Origin: an uncultured Gemmatimonadales bacterium
GTDB lineage: Bacteria > Gemmatimonadota > Gemmatimonadetes > Longimicrobiales > Gaopeijiaceae
Reading direction: 5' to 3'
DNA: 64,000 bases
Assembly (NCBI GenBank): GCA_963823035.1
Contig: CAWGKG010000017.1
Location: forward strand, 128,001-192,000
Shown: in pieces, positions 11,223-20,564 of the stretch
Position numbering within the stretch: position 1 is the first letter of the stretch
Layout of the letters: each line of letters begins with the position of its first letter
Position numbers and translations under genes: made by a program
Notes under the pieces: generated by a model
Told to the model about the DNA's origin: nothing
The model's input: the letters and a program-made list of their open reading frames with translations, nothing else
Databases searched by the model: none

Positions 11223-12846
11223 ATGAGCCTCGGCCGGCGTGCCGTCGCCACGGCGCTCCTCGGCCTGGCCGCGACCGCCTGCGGGGAGTCGTCGACCGCG
11301 CCGCCCCAGGGCGGCCTACCTCCGGAAGGGCGGCCGACGCTGTTCCCCACCTATCGCGCGAGCGGCCACATGGCCGCCGGCGACGTCTTCGTCCACCTCT
11401 TCGAGTGGAAGTGGACCGACATCGCGAAGGAGTGCGAGCGGTTCCTGGGCCCGATGGGCTACCACGCCGTGCAGGTGTCCCCGCCCCAGGAGCACAGCCT
11501 CACGCCGAGCGAGGACTGGAGCGAGCGCTACCAGCCCGTGAGCTACAGCCTGGCGCGCAGCCGCTCGGGCACGGAGGCGGAGTTCGCCGACATGGTGGAG
11601 CGGTGCGGGGCCGCCGGCGTCGGCATCTACGTGGACGCGGTCATCAACCACATGACCAACTTCCCGAGCCCCGGCGTGGGTAGCGCCGGCACGGCGTACA
11701 CGAAGTACAGCTACCCGGGCCTCTACACCCCCGAGGACTTCCACACGCCCTGCCCCCTCGACGACTACTCCGACGCGGCCACGGTGCAGGACTGCGAGCT
11801 GCTCGGCCTCCCGGACCTGAACACGGGCAAGCCGAGCGTCCAACAGAAGATCGCGGGCTACCTGATCGCGCTCGCCCGCCTCGGGGTCGCGGGCTTCCGT
11901 ATCGACGCGGCCAAGCACATCCAGCAGGTGGAGCTCGACCGCATCCTCACGCTCGTCGACTCCACGGTGACCGCCGAAGGACGCCCGATTCCCTACTGGT
12001 TCCTGGAGGTCATCGGCGGCGGCGGCGAGGCGCTGTCGCCGCGGGACTACTACGGCGAGGCGTACCGGAGCGGCGGGCTCCGCGGACATCACCGAGTTCA
12101 CCTTCTCGGGCGTGCAGGACAAGTTCCTGGGCCGCAGCGGCCAGCACATCTCGCAGCTCGACCCGAACGGGCCTCCAGGCAGCCGATTCTCGGAGAGCGC
12201 GTGGGGGCTCATGCCGTCCGACAAGGCCGTGGTCTTCCTGGAGAACCACGACTCCCAGCACCAGACGGGCCAGATCGGCTACCGGGAAGGCCAGGTCTTC
12301 CGCCTGGCCAACGTGTGGATGCTCGCGCAGCCGTACGGCTATCCCAAGATCCTGTCGAGCTACGCCTTCGACAGGCCGGGGCAGAACTCCATGGGTCCTC
12401 CGTCCGACGCTGCGGGCGTCACGAAGGACGTGGTGTGCGCCTCCAGCCTAGAGGCCGCGAGGGTGGGCGACTGGGTGTGCGAGCACCGCGATCCGATGAT
12501 CGCCTCCATGGTGGCCTTCCGCCGTGAGGTCGCGGGCACCGCCGTCGACAACTGGTGGGACGACGGCGCCAACGCGATCGCCTTCTCACGAGGCGACCGT
12601 GGCTTCGTCGCGATCAACCGGGAGGCGGACAGCGTCGCCGTGGCCCTCGCCACCGGGATGGCGCCGGGCACGTACTGCGACGTGCTGAGCGGGGGACCGG
12701 CCGCCTCGGAATCGGCGTGCGTGGGCGCGTCGCTGGTCGTCGACGCGAGCGGAACCGTCGAGCTGGCGCTCGCCGCGAACTCGGCGGTCGCGATCCACGC
12801 GGGTACCCTGCTCGGCTCGTCCCCCGGTTCGACGGCCCGGAGGTGA
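11223..12846 (+). CDS. GH13 alpha-amylase, Streptomyces/animal-like, lipoprotein (one frameshift near 12078)
   Basis: Lipobox ATAC, VHLFEWKW, VQVSPPQE, RYQPVSY, DAVINH, GFRIDAAKHI, FLENHD, WVCEHR, IAFSRG and GTYCDV. Confidence 0.9.
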
Positions 12847-12891
12847 GGTGGTCGCGTCGCTCTCCTCGACGTTCCAGGAGAACGCGCCGCT

Positions 12892-13560
12892 TCACGGCGC
12901 CAGCGCCCGATCGGCCTCCAGCGTCTCCGCGGGGAGAGAGGCCGCGCGCTTCCACAGGCCCGAGCCCACCACGCCGAAGGACGCGAGCCACGCGTAGTAG
13001 CCCATGTAGAGGTCCGAACGGTCGTCGGTCAGCACGAACCAGCAGAGGTTGAGCACCACCCCGAGGGTCATGAGCCAGGCCAGCAGGCGGGCTCGACCTC
13101 GTCCCGCATCGGAGATCCGCCAGAACGTCGCGAGCATGAACAGGTTCGTGAGGCCGCTCAGCACCCCGATCGCGCCGCCCCACCCACCCAAGGCGAGCAA
13201 CAGCGCCTGGATTCCCGGTAGGAGACCCTCCTCGACGTTCCCCTGTCCGAACGTGATGCCATAGTGGGCGACCGGGAGGAAGAACGACGTCGCGAAGAGG
13301 AGCCATCCGACGGTGAGCATCCGGCGCCAGCTCCGCCCCTCGACCTTCGCGAACTCCTCGGAGATGACGCCGGGTGAGCCGAGCGTCTCGCAGGCGTACC
13401 CGAACGCCCTCTCCGGCGCCAGTGTCGGGTTCAGGTGCAGCTCCACCTCGTACGCTGCCCGCAGGTGATCCTCCAGCTCGTCGAGGTCGTAGCGCGAGAA
13501 CGAGCGCTCCTTCGCGAAGCCGCGCCGCCAGTCCACCACCGCCCTCTCGAGATCGAACAT
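12892..13560 (-). CDS. Permease-prefix-domain membrane protein (PadR partner)
   Basis: N-terminus FDLERAVVDWR..DLDELEDHL..G.P..ISEEF followed by about 4 TM helices. Co-oriented 4 nt after the PadR gene. Confidence 0.7.
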   Translation of the reverse strand: MFDLERAVVDWRRGFAKERSFSRYDLDELEDHLRAAYEVELHLNPTLAPERAFGYACETLGSPGVISEEFAKVEGRSWRRMLTVGWLLFATSFFLPVAHYGITFGQGNVEEGLLPGIQALLLALGGWGGAIGVLSGLTNLFMLATFWRISDAGRGRARLLAWLMTLGVVLNLCWFVLTDDRSDLYMGYYAWLASFGVVGSGLWKRAASLPAETLEADRALAP

Positions 13561-13564
13561 GGCC

Positions 13565-13897
13565 CTACCCCCACGTCTGGCTGAGCGCACCGTGCACGGC
13601 GAGCCAGCCGTCGCGATCCGCCGCGAGCTGCCGTCGTCCCTTCTCGCTCAGGTGGTAGTACCTGCGCCGTCTCCCGGACTCCATCGTCCGCCAGTCACCC
13701 ACGATGAGCCCCTCCTTCTCCAGGCGGCGCAGCACGGGATACAGCATCCCGTCCGACCACTGCACCCGGCCGCTGGACAGCAACGCCACGCGCTGGAGGA
13801 TCTCGTAGCCGTAGCTCTCACCGCCCTTGAGAATGGACAGCACCATGGGCCGCGAGGACGCGGCCACCAGCTCTTTGGAGAGGGAGATCGGTTCCAT
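13565..13897 (-). CDS. PadR family transcriptional regulator
   Basis: LSILKGGESYGYEI, GMLYPVLRRLEKEGLI and RRRRYYHLSEKG. Confidence 0.92.
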   Translation of the reverse strand: MEPISLSKELVAASSRPMVLSILKGGESYGYEILQRVALLSSGRVQWSDGMLYPVLRRLEKEGLIVGDWRTMESGRRRRYYHLSEKGRRQLAADRDGWLAVHGALSQTWG

Positions 13898-13900
13898 TTC

Positions 13901-13923
13901 TATACCTTGAGGTACAAGGTATA
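13901..13923. promoter_or_regulatory. Perfect inverted repeat, probable PadR autoregulatory operator
   Basis: TATACCTTG-aggta-CAAGGTATA (9-5-9), 3 nt from the PadR ATG. Confidence 0.75.
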
Positions 13924-13951
13924 ATCTCCTCGAAGCGATGTCCAGCCTATC

Positions 13952-13994
13952 GAGGCGGGGTGGTCGGACCGGCTTCGTCCGACCACCCCGCCTC
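13952..13994 (-). terminator. 18-bp perfect GC-rich hairpin, terminator-like
   Basis: GAGGCGGGGTGGTCGGAC, 7-nt loop, GTCCGACCACCCCGCCTC, about 40 nt downstream of the PKD gene stop. No U-tract. Confidence 0.55.
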
Positions 13995-14032
13995 ACCCTG
14001 GGGGTACTCCGGCGGTGCGAGATCCGCACCGT

Positions 14033-14734
14033 TCACCACGTGAACTTCTTCGATCCGATCGAGCCGCCGCAGACGGCGATGAGCGTGCATCCGCGCACGT
14101 CCACCTTCAGCCAGCTCTTCCCCTTCGTCTTGGAGAAGTTCGAGGTCATGATGACCTTCGCCTGCGCCACGATGCCGCCGACCGGGAGGATCACCTCGAC
14201 CCGGTTCTTCGTCGTCGACAGGTTGTACTTGTGGAGGGTGTTGCCGAACACCTGGATCTCCACGTCGGCGCCCTTGTAGTCCGGGTGCACGTTGAAGCAG
14301 GCGCTCAGCACCTTGATGTCGGCGCAGGCGTGGGGAACGGGGTCGAGCGCCAGCGAGCCGTCGGACGCCACGCGGTTCCCGGCGGCGTCGGTCGCGGTGA
14401 CGACCACGCTGTACTTCCCGTCCTTGGTGTAGTCGTGCGTCTTCGAGATCGCGTCGAAGTCCGCCGTCACGGTGAACGTGGACCCGTCACCCCAGTCGAT
14501 GATGACGTTCGCCAGCTTCCCCTCGGGGTCGGTCACGGACGCCCTCAGCGAGCCGCGGAGGTAGACGTCGCCGACCTTGGCGACCTTCAGGGACGCGATG
14601 GTGGGGTCCAGGTCCATGGCGGGTTCCGTCGGCGAGCCGGCGTCACACCCACCCAGGAGGAGAGCCGCGGGAAGGGCCACGAGGAATCGGCTGTAGAGCC
14701 GGCGGCCGCGCAGGGCAGAAGTCGCGAGTCTCAT
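14033..14734 (-). CDS. PKD/Ig-like domain lipoprotein, function unknown
   Basis: Lipobox LGGC and PKD signature IDWGDGS..HDY..G.YSVVVTATD. Confidence 0.7.
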   Translation of the reverse strand: MRLATSALRGRRLYSRFLVALPAALLLGGCDAGSPTEPAMDLDPTIASLKVAKVGDVYLRGSLRASVTDPEGKLANVIIDWGDGSTFTVTADFDAISKTHDYTKDGKYSVVVTATDAAGNRVASDGSLALDPVPHACADIKVLSACFNVHPDYKGADVEIQVFGNTLHKYNLSTTKNRVEVILPVGGIVAQAKVIMTSNFSKTKGKSWLKVDVRGCTLIAVCGGSIGSKKFTW

Positions 14735-14869
14735 CGGATGCTCCGGAGGTGGGGGTCTTCGCTCGCCCGTTTCGGGCCTTCACCTCGGAGAGCGTCGAAC
14801 GTGCGCGCATCCCCTCACGGCATCGGACGGACGCCGATCACGACCGGTTCGCGCTTGCGGTGGGCGCGC

Positions 14870-16318
14870 TCACTCCCCCTGCGCCGGGTCGTCTCCGAAG
14901 AATTGCCGCAGCGTAGACGCAGAGGCGGGCGCTGTCGTCAGGCTCACGGCGACCATGAGCGCCGCGCTGACCAGCACCCCGGCCTCCGCCGGATCGAGGC
15001 CGAGGAAGTACGGGTCGCCGTAGCGCGACCACACCAGGCAGGCGGTCATCCCGCCGAGCATCGAGGCGATGGCTCCCGACCGCGTCGCGCGCTGCCAGTT
15101 CAGGCCGACCACGACCGGGACGAACAGGAAGCTCACCATGAGCTTCGCGGCCCAGATGACGATGAAGTTCACCAGGTCGAATTGACGGAAGGCGAGCGCC
15201 ACCGGGATGGCGCTGAAGGTGAGCACGGCCAGGCGCCCCGCGCGCACCTTCGCCCGGTCGGACGCGTTCGGGCGGAGGAGCTTCCCGTAGATGTCGTGCG
15301 ACACCGCCGATGCGACGGTCAGGAGGATCGCGCCGCCCGTCCGCGTGAAGGTGACGACGGCCGCGAGGAGGACGAGGAGCCCGATCCACGGCGGAAGGAC
15401 GCTCATCCCCAGCACCGGGGTCGCGAGGTCGGGGTCGGGGAGCTCGGGCATCGCCACGCGCATCGACAACCCGAAGAGGAGCACGCCGACGCCGATGCAT
15501 CCCTGGAAGAGGAAGGAGTACCCGATCGCGAGGCGGGTCGCGCGCTTGCTCTGGATCGAGTAGATCGCCGAGATCTCGTACGGCGAGGCCGCGAGGCCCA
15601 GCCCGATCGCCATGGAGATGGCCAGCAGCTGGCGCCAGCCGAACCAGTTGGCGCTCAGGCGCGGGTCGAGCGCCGTCAGCGCTTCGCCCAGGCTCCCGAT
15701 GGAGCCGACGTGCACGAGCAGGTACGGCACCGCGAGGGCGTAGCTCCCCAGCAGGAGGATCGCCTTGAGCATCCCGACGTACGCGTTGCCGTACATGCCC
15801 CCCAGCACCGTGTACGCCGTCGTGATGACGGCCACCAGGAGGACCGCGCGCGTGTACTCCATCCCCCCGACCAGCCCGAAGAGGAGCCCGCCGGCCTGGT
15901 ACTGCGCGGAGAGCATGACGGCGTACACCACGAGGATGAACACCGCGGCCACCGCCCGCGCGCCCCGGCTCTCGAAGCGGGCGGCGAAGAAGTCGGGCAG
16001 CGTCAGCCCCGCGAAGCGGCGGATGCGCGGTGCCACGAAGAGCGCGGCGACCACCCATCCGATCCATACCAGGGGCCACGACCAGGCGTAGCTGATGCCG
16101 GAGAAGTAGTGGAAGCCGACCATCCCGATGGTGGCGCCCGCGCTGACCTGGTTGGCCATGAGCGTCGCGCCGCCGACGATCGGGCCGAGGCTGCGGCCGG
16201 CGGCGAGGAAGCCCTCCTCGGTGGAGGCGCGTCGGTAGTTGTACGCGCCGATCCCGCACACCAGAAGGAGGTACCCGCCGACGACCACCCAGAACGCGGT
16301 CAGGTGCGCGCCGGTCAC
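14870..16318 (-). CDS. Sodium:solute symporter (SSS) family protein
   Basis: About 13 TM helices, FLAAGRSLG, ANQVSAGATIG, TLPDFFAARFES and YTVLGG. GTG start overlaps the upstream stop. Confidence 0.88.
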   Translation of the reverse strand: MTGAHLTAFWVVVGGYLLLVCGIGAYNYRRASTEEGFLAAGRSLGPIVGGATLMANQVSAGATIGMVGFHYFSGISYAWSWPLVWIGWVVAALFVAPRIRRFAGLTLPDFFAARFESRGARAVAAVFILVVYAVMLSAQYQAGGLLFGLVGGMEYTRAVLLVAVITTAYTVLGGMYGNAYVGMLKAILLLGSYALAVPYLLVHVGSIGSLGEALTALDPRLSANWFGWRQLLAISMAIGLGLAASPYEISAIYSIQSKRATRLAIGYSFLFQGCIGVGVLLFGLSMRVAMPELPDPDLATPVLGMSVLPPWIGLLVLLAAVVTFTRTGGAILLTVASAVSHDIYGKLLRPNASDRAKVRAGRLAVLTFSAIPVALAFRQFDLVNFIVIWAAKLMVSFLFVPVVVGLNWQRATRSGAIASMLGGMTACLVWSRYGDPYFLGLDPAEAGVLVSAALMVAVSLTTAPASASTLRQFFGDDPAQGE

Positions 16319-17037
16319 GCGCCGTCCTCCGCGGTGCGCCGCGCCCAGGCGAGGTACGTCGGCACCCAGGCGACCATGATCCCGACCAGGAGCAGGAACC
16401 TCCACGTCAGCCCACCGTCGCTTCCGGGGGCCGCGTCCAACGAGGCGCAGTCGGTCGACGTGCCTCCCGTCGCGTCGGGGCGGGCCACCTGTACGAACGA
16501 GGGGATCGCCACGTAGCGCGCGCTCCACTCCGTGGCCGAAGCACGCGCCACGTGCGGGAAGAGCACGCTTCCCCCCTCGTCGGCGAAGCGCACCACGAGG
16601 TGGACCGTACCCTCGCGCTCGCCGTCACGCTGGGGGATGGGCTCCGTCAGGTGCAGGAGAGGCACGTCGGCGTCCGTCCCGACCGTGCGCACCTCGTAGC
16701 GTACCGAGAGCCGCAGCGTATCAGCTCCGGGCGCGACCGAAGTGTCGCGATGGACGAGCCAGGGGCCGCGGCGCTCGCGGACCAGCGCCGTCTCCACGCC
16801 GTCCCGCTCGATCCGGACCTCCCCGATGGCGGCGCACGGCCGAAGCAGCGCCCGCAACTCCAGGGTGCGCGGTCCGGGCGTGACCACGTAGCGCTCCTCG
16901 ACGCGCGCCGTGCCCGTCCGGTCGACCGTCACCTGGACGTCCACCGCACCGATCGGCTCCTGCGCGCGGGCGCCCGCCACCACCCCCAAGGCGAGCGCCG
17001 CGAGGGGCAGCGACCGGACGACGCCGCGGAGCGACAT
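16315..17037 (-). CDS. Hypothetical exported protein with C-terminal membrane anchor
   Basis: Signal peptide (ARA-QE), beta-rich middle region and one C-terminal TM helix. Overlaps both neighbours. Confidence 0.6.
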   Translation of the reverse strand: MSLRGVVRSLPLAALALGVVAGARAQEPIGAVDVQVTVDRTGTARVEERYVVTPGPRTLELRALLRPCAAIGEVRIERDGVETALVRERRGPWLVHRDTSVAPGADTLRLSVRYEVRTVGTDADVPLLHLTEPIPQRDGEREGTVHLVVRFADEGGSVLFPHVARASATEWSARYVAIPSFVQVARPDATGGTSTDCASLDAAPGSDGGLTWRFLLLVGIMVAWVPTYLAWARRTAEDGA

Positions 17038-18006
17038 CAGTCGTCGTATCGCGTCGCGGTCGCGCCGTTCCCCATCATGAAGCCGTAGTCGCCGGGATGG
17101 ATGCGAGTGACGTAGTTGCGGCAGAGCACCACGATGCTCTCGTCGAACGGCGCGGTCATCGTCTCCAGCGTCTCGAAGGTGTACGGGCTGACGATGTCCG
17201 CCAGCGCCGTGCCCCCGGCAGGATCTGGCCCGGCGTGAGCGTGGCCCGCGGCACGCAGATTCCGCCGTGGCGCGGGCGCATGACCTTCATGTCGTGCATG
17301 AGGACCTGGCCGGCGCGGCGCTCCACGTCACCGTCGAGCACCCCCGCATAGCGGAGCTGGTTCATCACGCCGCGCACGCCGTTCGCCACGTGGGCCGGCT
17401 GGTCGTGGTAGCCCCCGCCGATCTCGACGACCATGCACCGCACCCCGTTCTCCTCGGCGTACGTGGCCGTGGTGCCGGGGTACGGCGTGGCCGGCTCGTA
17501 CAGGAGCGCCGGAAGGAACGCGCGGGACAGACCCTCGTCGTTCACCACGTAGCAGTAGTCGACCCACGGGAAGGTGCCCCCGCAGTGGATGTCGACCAGG
17601 AAGTCCAGGTGGTCGATGAACTCGTGCGCGATGACGTGGGCCTGCTGCTCGCTCAGCCAACCGTCGGGCGCGCCGGGGAAGAGCCGGTTCATGTCGAGTA
17701 TGGTCCACGGGCGTGTTGCGCGCGGCACCCTCCATCGCGAGCGGGTTGGCGACGCCGAGGATCCAGACCGATCCCGACAAGGTGCCCGGATCCAGCGTGC
17801 GTACCAGCTCGCGCGCGATGAGGAGCCCGTCCAGCTCGTCCCCGTGGATCATCGCCGATACACCGACCGTGGGGCCCGGGCGGCTGCCCTCGAGGACGTG
17901 GAGGGTGAGGCCGAGCTCGGAAGCCGCTGGCCAGCGTGGTGATGGGGGCGAAGCGGCGCGAACGGCCCGCGCCGAGATCGACGACGGTCGCGGATGAGGC
18001 GTTCAT
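17037..18006 (-). CDS. Succinylglutamate desuccinylase/aspartoacylase (M14-like) zinc amidohydrolase (frameshifted)
   Basis: IHGDE, ANPLA, DMNRLFPG, VDIHCG, VEIGGG and NGVRGVMNQLRYAG, distributed over three frames. Confidence 0.82.
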
Positions 18007-18148
18007 GGTCGGATCGGGAAGGAGGGTCGTTGTGCGGCGAAGCGCGGACGAAGCTACGGCGCGAACACGCGTCGGGCATCCGGGGAGCGGCATCGGACCG
18101 CGAAGCCCTGGGGCCCTGGCCTCCCGCCCTCCCGCACAGCTCGAGCCC

Positions 18149-18857
18149 TCAACGCTTCCCCTCCTCCAGTCTCCGGCGCAGCTCGATCGCTTCGTCGCGC
18201 GCCGCCTGGTCCAGCGCCGACGTGACCGGGAGCGCCAGAACGTGCTCGACCTCCACGAGGGCGAGCTCGGGCCGGCCGGTGTCCCGGTAGAGGTTGGCGA
18301 GCTGCAGATGGTGGTCCGGGACCTCGGGCGCCTGTTGCTCGGCGAACGCCAGGTTCCGCTCCGCCTCCTCCCAGCTCGCGCCGGCCAGCGCGTCTCCGCC
18401 GAGCAGCCTGGTGGCGATCCAGCGCACCACCGAGTTCATGCGGCAGACCCCCGCGTTCAGGCGCCCCAGGAGGTGCCGCGCCCGGGCGTGCTCCGGATCG
18501 AGCTCCAGGATGGCCACGAGCTGGCGGTGGAGCTCGTCGGCCGCCTTCACCTTGGTCTTCCCACCTTCGCGGTCGGCCCGGAGCCCGAGGACCACGGCCA
18601 GGGCGAAGCGACGGCCGACGTCTTCGGGGGCTTCCGATGGACGCTTCGCGGGCACGGGCTTCCGCCTCACGCAGGAGCTTCTTGGCCCGATCGCCGTCCG
18701 GCTCCGCCGTGGCGGCCTCGACGAGGACGCGGACGGTGTCGGGCACGCCGTCCACGGCCCACGCCGGTCGGGGAGGCGAGGGGTCCGGGGTGGTCACCTG
18801 CCCGGGGAGGTCACGGGCCAGGAAGAACGGCAATGCGAGGATCAGGATGGCGCGCAT
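18149..18857 (-). CDS. Exported TPR-like protein (frameshifted near 18640)
   Basis: Signal peptide and helical repeats ILELDPEHARARHLLG and HHLQLANLYRDTG. Confidence 0.6.
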
Positions 18858-18872
18858 GAGAGGTCTCCCTGG

Positions 18873-19949
18873 TCAGATCGCGAGCAGGCCGGCCATGCCG
18901 GCACCAACCCGCACGGCGAGGTTTCCGAGTCGGGTGCCGACGCTCCGCCGCACGTCTCCGGGGAGGGCGGCGGCGAGGTCGGGTCCCCATACCTGGTCCT
19001 TGAAGGCGCGCACCACGGCGACGTCACGCGTCAGGACGACGAGCTCCTCGAGGATATGGTAGCTCATGAAGTCGAAGTTGCTCGATCCGGCGACCAGCAG
19101 GTCGTCGTCCACGACCATGGCCTTCAGATGGCTCATGCCACCCGCGAAGCGCCTCACCTCGAAGCCGTGGCGGTGCGCCACGTGAAGCACGTGGCGCGCG
19201 AGGTTGCTCTTGTTGTTCCGGGCCGGGGTGAGCACGCGTACGCGAACGCCCCGTCGCCGGGCCGCGGCCAGGTGGCGCGTGAAGGGGTGCGAGAGGTACG
19301 CGCTCGCCACGTCGATCGAGTGACGGGCGCCGCGGACGGCGTCGACCACGGGGCGTAGGCCGCGAGCGTTGCCCCGCCCGTTCAGCGCGATGACGCGGAG
19401 CGGACCGACCTCCCGGTCCAGCGCGACGGGACGTCCCTCGAAGCTGGCACGGAAGTCGGCCGCGAGGAGGCGCCCCAGCTCCGGGTCCTCGACACGCAGC
19501 ATCATGTCGTGCCACGCGAAGTTGTGATCGCTGAAGTTGATGCCGCCGAGGTAGGCCACCCGCTCGTCGATCACGGCCAGCTTCTTGTGGCTGCGCCGGA
19601 GGAGTTGCACGGGCGACGGCCCCAGTGGGTTTCCGAAGCGGACGCGAGCGCCCCCCGTCCTCAGACGGCGGACCCATCGGTGGGTCAGCAGGACCTCACG
19701 GCGGAAGGGCCGCTCCAACCACGCGCTCCCCGGGATCAGCCGGTCGTTGTGGTAGAGGAGGCTGAACCCGTCCACCAGGAGCCGACGGTCGGCGGCGGGA
19801 CAGGCCTCGAGCGCTCGGCCGAGCGAGGTGCCGACCCGGTCGCCTTCGAAGGAGAAGGTCTGGACGTAGGCGACATGCCGCGCGGAGCGAAGGTCGCCGC
19901 GGAGGCGGTCCCAGAATGCGGGCGCGTCGACGAGAAGCTCGATGTTCAT
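18873..19949 (-). CDS. Phospholipase D / cardiolipin synthase-like protein
   Basis: Two HKD motifs: HKKLAVIDE..GGINF and HLKAMVVDD..GSSNFD. Confidence 0.9.
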   Translation of the reverse strand: MNIELLVDAPAFWDRLRGDLRSARHVAYVQTFSFEGDRVGTSLGRALEACPAADRRLLVDGFSLLYHNDRLIPGSAWLERPFRREVLLTHRWVRRLRTGGARVRFGNPLGPSPVQLLRRSHKKLAVIDERVAYLGGINFSDHNFAWHDMMLRVEDPELGRLLAADFRASFEGRPVALDREVGPLRVIALNGRGNARGLRPVVDAVRGARHSIDVASAYLSHPFTRHLAAARRRGVRVRVLTPARNNKSNLARHVLHVAHRHGFEVRRFAGGMSHLKAMVVDDDLLVAGSSNFDFMSYHILEELVVLTRDVAVVRAFKDQVWGPDLAAALPGDVRRSVGTRLGNLAVRVGAGMAGLLAI

Positions 19950-19953
19950 GGCG

Positions 19954-20448
19954 TCAGCCTCCCAGGAAGGTGGTGGCCACCCGGTGCGCCAGGAGCGACG
20001 CGCCGGTGTCCCCGAGGAGGCGGGCCGACCAAGCCAGCACGCCGAAGCGCACGGCTCGCCCCGCCGCTCCGGCGACGAGAAACGTACGACCACGCACGTG
20101 GAGCGCCCCGCACGCCAGCGCCACGCCGTAGAAGGGCGGTAGGCCCACCGCGGCGCTGGTGAAGACGAGAGAGCCCGTCGCCCCGTGGCGAGCACGAGAC
20201 GGCCGAAGCCGCCCGGCCGAGCTTCGTCCTCGCCCGCTCGGGGAGCCTCGGCGGGCGCCCAGCGCGCCAGCGCGTAGAGGAGGGACTTCGTGGACATCTG
20301 CCCCACGGTGGACGACGAGCGCCACCAGGGGCAGGCCCGCGGCGGGCACGGCCAGCGCGGCGCCGGCGACCAGAAGCTCGGCGTTCACCAGGGGAAGGAT
20401 TCCGCTCACGGCCGTCCCGATCAGCAGTCCTCCCAGGATCTCCCACAT
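19954..20448 (-). CDS. VTT/DedA (YqaA-like) small membrane protein (frameshifted)
   Basis: SGILPLVNAE, GQM.TKSLLY, SAAVGLPPFY and GRAVRF. Confidence 0.7.
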   Translation of the reverse strand: MWEILGGLLIGTAVSGILPLVNAELLVAGAALAVPAAGLPLVALVVHRGADVHEVPPLRAGALGARRGSPSGRGRSSAGRLRPSRARHGATGSLVFTSAAVGLPPFYGVALACGALHVRGRTFLVAGAAGRAVRFGVLAWSARLLGDTGASLLAHRVATTFLGG

Positions 20449-20490
20449 GTGCGACTCCTCCGGCTGGGGTGGTCGTTCTCCGTGGACCAT

Positions 20491-20510
20491 ACTATACCGT
20501 ATGGTATAGT
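20491..20510. promoter_or_regulatory. Palindromic operator upstream of the VTT-PLD-TPR operon
   Basis: ACTATACC-gtat-GGTATAGT (8-4-8 perfect), containing a TATAGT -10-like hexamer on the minus strand. Confidence 0.65.
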
Positions 20511-20564
20511 CACGACCGGGAAAACGCAAGAGTCACGAGAGGCACAACCAGGGGCTTTCGTCCG

